Assembly (NCBI GenBank): GCA_004431415.1
Contig: QPMI01000679.1
Span: 95,197-159,196, forward strand
From: Cyanophora paradoxa CCMP329
Lineage: Eukaryota > Plantae > Glaucophyta
Direction of reading: 5' to 3'
DNA length: 64,000 bases
Below, in pieces: positions 11,896-22,338 of the stretch. Position numbers and translations under genes: made by a program. The stretch's first letter is position 1, and every line of letters starts with the position of its first letter. The notes under the pieces are model-generated. The model did no database searches and was not told where the DNA came from. It saw only the letters and a program-made list of their open reading frames with translations.

Positions 11896-12586
11896 TGATG
11901 AAAACTCGAAACTCCTGCCCCGGCCGGAGCCGACTGCGCCGGGGGTACGGCGGGCGACTCAATTGCAACTATCCGCATGTCAGGCCCCGCGGCCGGCTCC
12001 GGCCGCGCCGGCCGCCGACGCGGTATTCCAAGCTCCGGAGGCTCGATGCTCGCCAAATCTTCTGCAGCTGCGCATGTCAGGCCCCGCGCCGGGCCCGCGG
12101 CCGCGGCCGGCTCGAGCTCCGGCCGGCCGCCGACGTGGCCCACGCGGGTTCCAAGGAATCAAGCTCGATGCTCGCCGAATCGAACTCTCGGCGGCTGCCG
12201 GGCTACCGGCTGCGCTTGCGCGCGGCGCGCGCCGGCCGCCGGGGCGCGCCGGCAGGCCGGCAGGCCGGCAGGCCGCCGACGCGGATCATGCCCATCATCG
12301 GATCATGATCAGGCGCCTGAATCACCTGCTTAGCCCCGGCCGCTAGCTATAGCTACGCAGCCCGCGCGCCGTCGCCCGCCGGCATGCCATGGCCATGATG
12401 CGATCGAACCTATAGCTAGCTTTAGGCCTGCAGCTGCGATCGAGCAGGCAACCCGCGGCCGAGGAGGCAGACGCTGCCGCGGCGCGCGGCCGCTAATTAT
12501 AAAGCTAGACCGGCCGCGGCAGCGAGCTCGAGGCAGCCGCAGCCGCATGCGCAGCTGCAGCAGCAGGCGCGGTGGCCAGGCTAGCG

Positions 12587-13150
12587 CTCGGCGGGCGGCG
12601 GCGCGGCTCGCCGGGCGGGGCGGCTCCCCGGAGGCGTCGCGCGCGGGTGGCGGTGCAGCTCGCTGGGTGGGCCGGGGCGGAGGCGCCGCGGGCGGCGGCG
12701 CGGCTCGCCGGGCGGGGCGGAGGCGCGGCGGGCGGCGGCGCGGCTCGCCGGGCGGGGCGGAGGCGCGGCGGGCGGCGGCGCGGCTCGCCGGCGGGGCGGC
12801 TCCCCGGAGGCGTCGCGCGCGGGTGGCGGTGCAGCTCGCTGGGTGGGCCGGGGCGGAGGCGCCGCGGGCGGCGGCGCGGCTCGCCGGGCGGGGCGGAGGC
12901 GCGGCGGGCGGCGGCGCGGCTCGCCGGGCGGGGCGGAGGCGCGGCGGGCGGCGGCGCGGCTCGCCGGGCGGGGCGGCTCCCCCGGAGGCGTCGCGCGCGG
13001 GTGGCGGTGCAGCTCGCTGGGTGGGCCGGGGCGGAGGCGCCGCGGGCGGCGGCGCGGCTCGCCGGGCGGGGCGGAGGCGCGGCGGGCGGCGGCGCGGCTC
13101 GCCGGGCGGGCGGAGGCCCGGCGGGCGGCGGCGGGGCTCGCCGGGCGGGG
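12587..13150. repeat. Very GC-rich minisatellite, ~40-bp unit in a ~180-bp higher-order repeat (about 3 copies)
   Basis: Unit ggcgggcggcggcgcggctcgccgggcggggcggaggcgc; the interrupting block ctccccggaggcgtcgcgcgcgggtggcggtgcagctcgctgggtgggcc recurs at about 12624, 12800 and 12978. Confidence 0.9.
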
Positions 13151-13960
13151 CGCTTCTAGACCTCTAGATCTCCCCCAGCCCTCGGGACGGGTACGGTGAG
13201 CCGGCGGAGAGGCCGCGCTCGCGATCGCGAATTCGAAGAATCGATCTTGCTAGAGTCTTTGGCTATCGAAGTCGACGGCCGTCTCGTCCCGCAGGCTTTG
13301 GAGTTCAAGCCACCTGGAAGCTTCGAGGCCCGCCCCGCCCCGCCCCCGCCCCCCTATAAGCTAGCTAAGACTAAGACTTGCCCGGGTGAGCGCTAGCTGC
13401 AGCCTGCATGCGTGTTCTTTCTTTGTTAATTTAGACCCCGCCCGGCCTTGCACATCTTGAGACGAGCGGGGGGCGGGGGCGAGCCGAAGACTTATTTGCA
13501 ATTGATTGATGTCAAAATCAACAGCTGCGCATGCACTACAAGTACTAGTATAGCGCAGCTAGCTCTAGCAATAGTTATTCAGCTCAGAAAATATTTATAT
13601 TCGATGTAGAGGTACGTATACTAATGAAAACAAAGTTGAGCTTGCGAGTCGATCGATATCCCTTTGCTGCATGAGCCTGCAAATGCATTGTCGGTCTAGA
13701 TCTAGCTATATAGCTCTCTATACACTTATACGTATATATACGTATAAATATATAAGAAGTCGTAAGAATGTACTTATGTATACGTACATGTATAGCTATA
13801 GATATCGATGGCGAATCGATTCGAAAGCGCCGTGGCGCGGCGCGGGAGAACAATATTAATATTGTTCTCTATGATGCAAATCGAAGAACGAAACTTGAAA
13901 AGAAAGCTCTAAGCTCTAAGGTGAAGGATGAAGGACGCGCGAATTCGAAGCCCTGTATAT

Positions 13961-14263
13961 GGAGCTCGAGGCTATGGTACGCTGACCTCATGATCACGAG
14001 TCGACGTCATGATAAACGATCACGAAGGACGGGCACGTCGACGTCCTGCCCGCTGTCGACGTCGCGAGCCGTTGAGCCCGATCGCGATCGCGAGCTCGAC
14101 GGAGCTCGAGCCCGGCGAGGCTATGCATATGGTACGCTGACCTCATGATCACGAGTCATGACAAACGATGACGAAGGACGGGCCCGGGCACGTCCTGCAC
14201 CGTTAGGCTGCCCGCTGTCGACCGTCGGACGTCCGATTACGGCCGCGAGCCGTTGAGCCCGAT
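13961..14263. repeat. Old diverged direct duplication (13961-14082 vs 14101-14263)
   Basis: Shared ggagctcgag..ctatg..gtacgctgacctcatgatcacgagtc..aaacgat.acgaaggacggg..cccgctgtcgac..gcgagccgttgagcccgat; copies differ by four 6-bp palindromic indels plus a few other indels. Confidence 0.9.
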
Positions 14264-14459
14264 GATGGCCCCGGTCGCGGGCTCGGCGTGGAGGTCGTAT
14301 ATATATATGCATGGGGATCCGGAGGGATCGGAGGAGCAACTGCAAGCGCCGGCGAGCCTCGGAGCCCGGCAGCGCTTGCTCGATCGGCGTGGACGGATGG
14401 ATAGAGGAGGCCTCGGGGGAGGGGCTCGAGGAGGGTCGGGCTCCAAGTCTGCAGGCTCG

Positions 14460-14501
14460 CTCGAGCTCGAGCTCGAGCTCGAGCTCGAGCTCGAGCTCGA
14501 G
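14460..14501. repeat. (CTCGAG)7 palindromic microsatellite
   Basis: Read directly from the sequence. Confidence 0.95.
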
Positions 14502-15049
14502 CCGGGCCGGCGGCCCGGCGGGGATATGTACATGTTCATGTGTGTAGCTATCCGGGTCCAGACTGGGTCGCCAGCTCCGGCCATGCCAGCCGGCCTGGCG
14601 GGCCGGGCCGGAGCGCGCGCGGGAGCGGCCCGGCGGGATCCGGAGCCCGAGCCGTTCATCATGAGCTGGAGGAGTCACAAGAAGGGGAAGGGGGGCCCCG
14701 ATCGCGATCGCGAGGAGGATTGGCGGGCCCGGGGTCGGTTGTATGTGCACGGGATTGGAGCCGAAGGAAAGAAAGGGAAGAAAAGAAAAGGAATTCGAAG
14801 GAAAGAAGAAGGGAAAGCGCTGCAAGCTGGGCGCCGATGCTGCTGGATCGCTGGCGCTGGCGCCGGTTCAGCGAAGGGTCCAGCTGCGAACAGAGAGAGA
14901 CTTCAGTATGAGCTTGAGCTTGAATAAGAAGAATTCTAAAAAGAATGGCGAGCTCAAGAACAGCAGGATGACGCACCACGTGCATGCAAAAGCGCCTTCT
15001 CGGAAGACGCGGGGCGAGGGGCGGAGATCTGAGGCCGAGAGGCCTGCTC

Positions 15050-18000
15050 GCGCTCAGCGGGCGGAGTTTGCACCTCCCGGCGCCGGCGCCGCGGCCGGGG
15101 CCGGCGCCGTGCCTGCACCCGCATGCATGTGGGGCTCGAGCTCGAGGCCAGGGATGTGATAAGCTGCAGCTGGCGGCGCGCGGCGCTTTCGGCGCGACGT
15201 CGACCCCGCGGTACCAGCTGCAGATGCGCCCGCCGGGAGCTCAAGCGCGATGGGCGGCGGGTGTACATGCATATGTGAGCTCGAGGCTGCGGCGACGGGC
15301 GCGGCAGCGGCCGCGGCAGCGGCCGTGGGCGACCGCGACGTCGACTGCGGCTGCGGCTGCGGCCCGGAGCTCGGAGCTGGCTCCGCGTCCCGCGCCGGCG
15401 CCGGCGCCGCAGCGCTGCGGGCCGGGCTGCAGCTGGCGCTGGCGCCGGCGCTGGCCGTGGAGGAGGCGCCGCCGGGCTGCAGCTGGCCGGAGCCGTGCTC
15501 CGGACCCGCCGGCGTTGACCCCGAGCTCGAGACCGGGCCGGGCTCGAGCTCGAGTTCGCCGTACGCGTCCGCCTCGGGCGCGGGGGCGACGGAGGTGGTG
15601 GCAAGCAGCGGCGGTGGCTCCGGCTCCTGCGTGAACGTTCGCAATGAGCGAATGCGATAAATGTGCAGAGAGCACATCTAGCTATAGCTATAGATATCGA
15701 TCAGATGGCTTTGCGCTGCCTGGCCATGGCCATGGGGCGCGCGCGCGCACCTGATCATGATCATGATCATGATCGATATCCGGCGGCATGCGAGGCTGGC
15801 CCTGGCGCCGGCCCAGCGTCTGGCCGCGACCGACGCCCTCGAGCTCGCGATCGCGATCGCCCGTGCACGTGCCGCGAGGGGGGCGCCGGCGCGCTGGCGC
15901 TGAGATCGCGATCGGATCCGGATCGGGCTTCGAATTCGCGATTGCTGTCGGCTTCGAATCCGACCGATCGATATCGCGATCGACGTCCCGATCGCGACGT
16001 CCGCGCGAGTGCTGCTGCCGCGCCACCGGTACCGCCGCCGCCGAGGGCGGCGGTCGGCGCGGCGGCCCCGCGACGGCACCCGCGCCGTCACTGACTGCAC
16101 CAAGCGGACGGGCTCTGGATCCGGGTCCGCCGGCGCCGGCGCCGCGGCATATGCACATGTGCACGCATGCACGGCCGGCGCCAAGCGAGCCTCTCGATCC
16201 ATAGCCATGGCCAGCCGCACCTGCAAGTCGCGCGCGCCGATCGATAGTTAGCTATATAGCTATAGGTTAGGTTAATGAAACGTTAACGTTGCATTGGAGG
16301 CGACGGGGCCCAAGGCTGCCGCGTGCGGCGCCGAGGCGCTGTGTGCTGCACCTGTCCGTGGCCCAAATGTAGATCCGGAGGGCTAGCCACCTGCACGCTG
16401 GGGCTGTAGCTGTAGCTAAAGCCAGAGCTCGAGCTGCAGCTGGTCGCGTGCGCGCTTGTCAGGACCATCGGGCTGCAGTAGCTGTAGCTGGAGCTCGAGC
16501 TGGGGAGGAAGAAGGAGGCAGAGGGGCCCGGGGCGCCGGCGGATCCGGAGATCTAGAGCCAACGTTAACGTTGGCGTTCACGTTGCAGAATTCGAACCCA
16601 TGCTGCGCCGGACGCGTTTACGTTAGCGGGAAGCTTAAGTTTAAGCTTGTAATTATAATTGAGGCGAATCAGCTGAAGAATGGGCAGGGTCGGAGAAATG
16701 CACAACGTTATAATTACGTTAACATGAACGTTCGTGCATGTGTCGCACCTGCAGTCGGCCTGCATGCGCAGGTGGGAAGGGAGGGCCTGCCGCGTTGAAT
16801 CCATGCACCATATGGCGAGTGGCGGCAGCGGCTGGGGCCGTGGGGAGCGGCCGCGGCCTCCACTGCAGGTGCTCGCGCACGCGGGCGCTGAGAGTCGACA
16901 TCGACGGCGCGACCGAGGTCGCCGGGGCTGGCGCCGGCGCCGGCCACGGCGCAGGCTGGGCGTGTACATATGCACACGTCCCGGCGGCCGCCCGACCTTG
17001 ATCATGATCATGATCATGAAGACGCAGCTGACCAAGAATGTGGAACCCAGCTGCATGCGCAGCTGCGGCCGCCCCCTCTCCTTCCGGGTCCACCCCCGCC
17101 GGAGCTTCCTGGATGCAGCTCGCGATCGTCGATGTCTCCGCTTTGGTGCCCTCCGAGTGCGAGAAGCTGGGGATCCCGTGTTCCTCCGCGGCGCCGGCTG
17201 CACGTGCACCCGTCCACGGCCAGCAGCTGCGGCTGCCCGCGGCCCCGGCCGCGCCCGCGGTACCGGTAACGAGTGTTCGCCGCAACGAGCTCGAGATAAG
17301 ATGCAGATATTTAAATGTAAGCGCCGCGGACGCCGGCGGCCGCATGCTTAGATAATTATGTGCGCATGCGCACCTGCATCGCGATCGGCTCGAGGTAGAA
17401 GAAGCCCAGCGGTCCCTGCAGCTGCGCCTGCAGCCGCGCCTGCATTCGCGCGAGCTCGCCATGGCCATCGATCCCGATCGCGAGCGGCGTCGGCGCCAAT
17501 GTCCCCTGCGGCGCGCCTCCGGATCCGGACGTCGATCCGGATCCCGCCACGGCCGCGGATTGCAATTGATCGTGGTCATCACCGCGTTCATGATCAGGAA
17601 CTCCCCGCTGGTTCGACTCCGCATGCGGCGCAGCCTGCGTGTACGTATACGCGCGCGACGCCCGTCAGATTAAACTCGAGCTCGAATTTCACAACGTGCA
17701 CCCGTGCATGCACGTTTAAGCTTAATATAAGGGACGATCGAACGCACCCCCGAGTTGTACACCTCGCGAGCGACGTCGCGATCGATATCGGGCGCGTACG
17801 TATACGGGGCCTCGAGCTCGAGCTCGAGCTCGGGGAGCAGCTGCAGTCCATGGAGATCGAGAGAGCCCGACGTGTCCATTGCAATTGGCCAGCTGCAGGT
17901 ATCCTCCGCGGTCGAATCCGGCGGCGGGAAGCTTGAAGCGCACGCGGCTCCGGTGCCGCGGCCGGCGCCCGCCGCGGCGCGGAGCTGATCATGAATTCGA

Positions 18001-18630
18001 TGCTGCTTCATGTTCAGCGCCAGCTGCAGCTGCGGGTCCAGTTCGTCGCCGCCGAGATCGCGATCCCGACCGCCATCGATGTCCAGGCCCAAGTCGAGGT
18101 CGGGCTCGAGCTCTAGATTTAGATCCATGTCGACCTCCTGCAGCTGCCCCTGCGATCCGTACACGTAGGCCCCTTCGAATTCGAATTCCGCGTTGTCTCT
18201 GCGAGGTCCCGGGCCGGGCCGGGCGTTAGCTGCGGGCACGGACGAGCCTCGCGATCGAATGCGAATGTAAATGCGCCGATCGGGGATCTAGATCTAGATC
18301 TAGAGCGGAGGGCGGGGGCTCACTCAAGCTCCATCGGCCTGCCACGCTTGAGACTGGCCGCGCTGACGGGGGCCTGCGTGTGGCGATCGCGATCGTGGGA
18401 GATCCCGCGCGGCCGGACGTCGACTCCGGATCCGTCGCCAGCGCTAGCCGCACTTGCAGCCGCAAATGGAGCGAGCGTTTCGAAAGCGTCCGTAGGCGAG
18501 TCCGAAGGCGCTGCTGACGGTGCGCCATGCGCATTCCCGTGCTCTTCAATTTCTAAGGCTACACCCGCCGGGACCGCGGCCGGTAGAAAGGCAGGTGCCG
18601 GCCGGCGCCGGCGCCGGCAACAACGGCCGC

Positions 18631-18693
<63 letters not shown>

Positions 18694-18770
18694 AGTCCAC
18701 GCGCCGAAGACTCGCGGCGCGAGCGGGCGCGGCCACTCTGCCCTTTCCCCGAATCCCGTGAGTTCATGGT
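15050..18770 (-). pseudogene. Probable decayed low-complexity protein gene (poly-Q, A/P/S-rich, acidic), heavily palindromised; second copy at +7512
   Basis: Protein-like stretches on the - strand (GLQ20PRPLLP; DELDPQLQLALNM; EPEPPPLLATTSVAPAPEADAY) with ELELE/DLDLD/DHDHD runs from 6-bp palindromic repeats; no coherent exon chain could be built. Confidence 0.3.
18632..18693. repeat. (CTG)~20 trinucleotide repeat; second copy at about 26143-26205
   Basis: Read directly; poly-Q on the - strand. Confidence 0.95.
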
Positions 18771-21700
18771 GGTTTCCGATATCGATGGGATCCTTGGGTC
18801 GTCAATCCGACTCGTTTGCTTGAACGCTGACCTGGTGCATGCAAAAAGCAGGTCAACGTTTACGTCAAGCGCCTGGCCATGGCGGGCTGCGCGCGTGGCT
18901 CGAGCTCACCGACCTCAAAAACATTCCATGATTATGATCCAGGTGTCCGGAATATGGCCCGACCATTAATATCCCTTCTGCCGACCGGAATTTCATGTCG
19001 GCTGGGAGAAGTGAACGCTAAGGTGATCATGATTGCACCTAGGCCTTTTTCTGCATACCTTTACTCGCGTATCCAAAGGCAGAAGTCGGCTGCGCGCGGC
19101 GCCAATTGCAATTGCAATGTCGCGAGCTCCGCAGGCTGCAGCGAATTCGGATCTAAGATGCACAGGCGCCGAAAATGAAAGGGATTAATATTGAGGCGAA
19201 TCACGCACGGAGGTCGTGTTTGCTTCCTTGCTGGAGCCCGACTGGTCATGAACGATGGGCACCGATATCCATTGCCATGGTGCACGTGATGCGAGGAGTT
19301 GGCCACTTGTGCAGATGGACCACGGCTGGGCGCGGCCTCAAGCTCCAGATCTCCTGATACCGTCGATCGCGATATCGCAACCGTGGCCATGACCGGCTAT
19401 GAATTCGGAGTGAATGCTGCACTGCTTCGAATCCACAAACTAATTATAAAGATGCTCGCGATCGGTCGGCCTGCAGCTGGCCATGGGCGCGCATATCTGG
19501 ATAAACGGGACGTCAATATATATACGTATATACGTGTGCCGCATGCGCAGCACTGCGCATGCGGATCCGGATACCTTGTGCATGGTAGATTCGAATTCAA
19601 CAATAACGGTTACCTTGAGACGACGTCGACCACGTGTACGTGCACAGCAGAGGCAGAGTCTAGTTCTCCCGCGCTGTGCACGTGGCAACGTCAACCGCAA
19701 TCGTCGACGTCAGTCCTGCAGAGAGACGCGTGCACGTGCAGACACGATTGCAAAGAACGCGAACCTAGGCCTGTGGTCGCACACGATCTAGGCGCGGTAG
19801 GCCTATAGCTAGAGGTCGCGATTGCAATCAGTTCTTGCAATTGATTAATTGCAAAGCGGAAGGCCCGTCCGCGCGGAGGCCAGGTGCACGGCGGATGCCG
19901 AATCCCACGGACTATATATGGCCAGCTGCAGTATACTCGTGAGTGCTGCACGACGTGGAACGATCCAACATGTAGCTGCAGGCGCTGCTAGCTATAGGCG
20001 TTGCGCTCCATTTTGCAATTTGCTAATTGCATTCGAAATTCTAGATCTTAGGCCGCAACCGAGACCGTCGGACGTGTCATGGCCTTTCAGTTCGAATATC
20101 AAGGACTCCTAGGTCTAATGGTATACGTAACCATGAACTTCGGAAGGATCATGCAAGCTGCAGCTACAGCTGCAGCTGTGAGCTGGCGAGAAGCGGGCTG
20201 TACATGTGACCGGCACTCCAGCTATAGATCTGCAGCTGGTACGGTTCCATACGCGCGGCGATTGCAAGACCGATGATCGATCGCGGGCAATTGCAATCGA
20301 TATCGCGAGCCGAGCCGATCGCGACTAGGCGATTCCGAAGTTCCAACCGCAGCGACTGATCCTGCAGCTGACACCGACGTTGACCGACGCCGAGCTCAGC
20401 GGCTCGACTCTCTCGGAGAGCTCGTGGTCGGGCGCGACGCGCAACGCCGTACTACGTGCGCCTGCGTATACGTATACGTATATATACGCGTGGCGCTGCT
20501 GGCGCACTGCGGGAGCTTACCGTAGTACAGCTGGAAGAATTTTACTACTCAGTTAATATTAATTCCACTGTCCGTTCCCACAGTCGAGCTGGGCCACAGA
20601 TCTATAGCTAGCTGGCTCTGCAGACTCTGACTGAGATCATCATCAGCAGGCTGACAGCAGCAGATGTGCTGTAAACGGTAGACTCCCACAGGGGTAGCCC
20701 ACCAAACTCGATTATTCACGCTGTTTTGCTTCATAAATTCACGCGCAATTTTAATTTAAATCTCTACGTGAGATCGACATGCATATATATATACACGTGG
20801 TATATATATGATGATGACAATTAATATTGATATATATTTGATCTGATCGATATATCGCGATCGATTAATTTGAATTTCGACAACCGGCCATGCAGCGCCC
20901 GGCGGCCGCGCGCGGGCCCGGCGGCCGGCCGAACGGCGACGGGCCGCGGCGACGGCGCCGGCGGCGCGGCAGTGCGGCGGCACTGCGGCATGTGCGGCGG
21001 GCCGCATCATGGGCCGATTCATGGCCCGCATGGCTTAAAATAGCCTTTCCTAACCCTAGGCCCTAGCTAGTAGCTAGTACTACGGTATAGAGTCCTATAG
21101 ACGTTGCACTTGGCAAGTTCAATGGCAACTTGGCAATGCTACCTTGGTAGACGTCACGTCAGTGACGTCACTGAGTCAGCGTCACGTCACGGCGTTGTTG
21201 TACCGGTCGCTGCAGCTGACTCAGTGAGGCCGTTGCAATTGCCTCCATGGCCAACTCTCAAGAGTCCGCCGCGCCGGTCTAGATCTAGATCTCTGACGGC
21301 GACTCGTCGGCGAGGCCTACATTGTTATATAGGCTACATGGCTATATATATGATGATCGGATCGCTCATCATCATCCGAATGATCGGATGATCCTGGGCC
21401 TGCATATTTATGCACATGCTACAGTGATATCGATCATGATCATGAACGGGCCCGGCCCGGCCGCGCGCGGGGTCAGATCTACTAGGCTAAATGGGGCCGC
21501 GCCGGCCGGGCCCATTGCCCACGCCAGCCTGGCAGGCCGGCGCCGGCCGCGCCGCGCGACCGCGTCGGACGTAAACGACCGTCAGAAGACTAGCTATAGC
21601 TAGTACTAGTACCGTAGTAGTACTGCGGAGCCGGCTCGAATTTGCCTCGAAAACCTACGCGAATCTGACCGGCGATCGCTTGCGCAGGAGCTGCTTCAAG

Positions 21701-21817
21701 TTCGTCGCACCAGCCAACGCCAACGCCTGCAGTGCGTGCCCGCCTCCCGTAGCGCTGCGAGCTTGCTCGCATAGAGATTCTCTATTCAATTGGATCGCTA
21801 GATCTGCCCCGCGCATA

Positions 21818-22338
21818 GAGCCTTCTCATTGCTCGGCGATCGCTTTGTGTTCGGCGCCATACCCAGCGAGTCCGACCTCTAACAAAGAGCTGCTGGGCCG
21901 GCGATCGCTTCTGGGTTCTCAGTTCTAACGGTCGCCGCGGGCTTGACGTCCACCGCCTTCTCATTGGCCAAGCGATCGCTGCTTTTCGGTGTCTTATGCC
22001 CGACTGCGCAGCATGTCGACCCCAGGAGCACACTCTTTGGGGAGGAAGAGATGGAGTGGACCTCCAGCTCATCTCCCAACCCCCTTCTGGCGGGCCGCGC
22101 GGCGGGTGGTGGCCTCGTGGGCGGCCTCGGGGGCGGCTCCGGCCTTGAGCTTGTCCCCGCCCCTCCCCCTCCCCCGGGCCCCGCCCCTCCCCCGGCCCCG
22201 CCCCTCCCCCGGGCCCGTCCCTCCCCCGGGCCCGCCCCTCCCCCGGGCCCGTCCCTCCCCCGGCCCCGCCCTCCCCCGGGCCCGCCCCTCCCCCGGGCCC
22301 GCCCCTCCCCCGGCCCGCCCTCCCCCCGCCCCCCCCTC
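21818..22338 (+). mobile_element. Truncated left end of the non-autonomous Harbinger cargo element
   Basis: Starts with TIR GAGCCTTCTCATTGCTC at 21818, matches 34589 onward, cut at the duplication breakpoint. Confidence 0.9.

Larger units (their letters stand above)
14827..22338. repeat. Copy 1 of a 7512-bp tandem segmental duplication
   Basis: 14827-21664 matches 22339-29177 except for 1-nt indels; 21665-22338 matches 34437 onward (spacer plus left end of the cargo element), breaking off inside the C-rich repeat. Confidence 0.95.

Noticed and set aside
12547-13199. Arg/Gly/Ala-rich ORFs
   Set aside because: Translation of a stop-free GC minisatellite.
13534-13550. CACTACAAG as a possible CACTA transposon end
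   Set aside because: No matching inverted end or CACTA transposase found in the window.
21045-21065. Telomere-like cctaaccctag
   Set aside because: Under two units; not an array.
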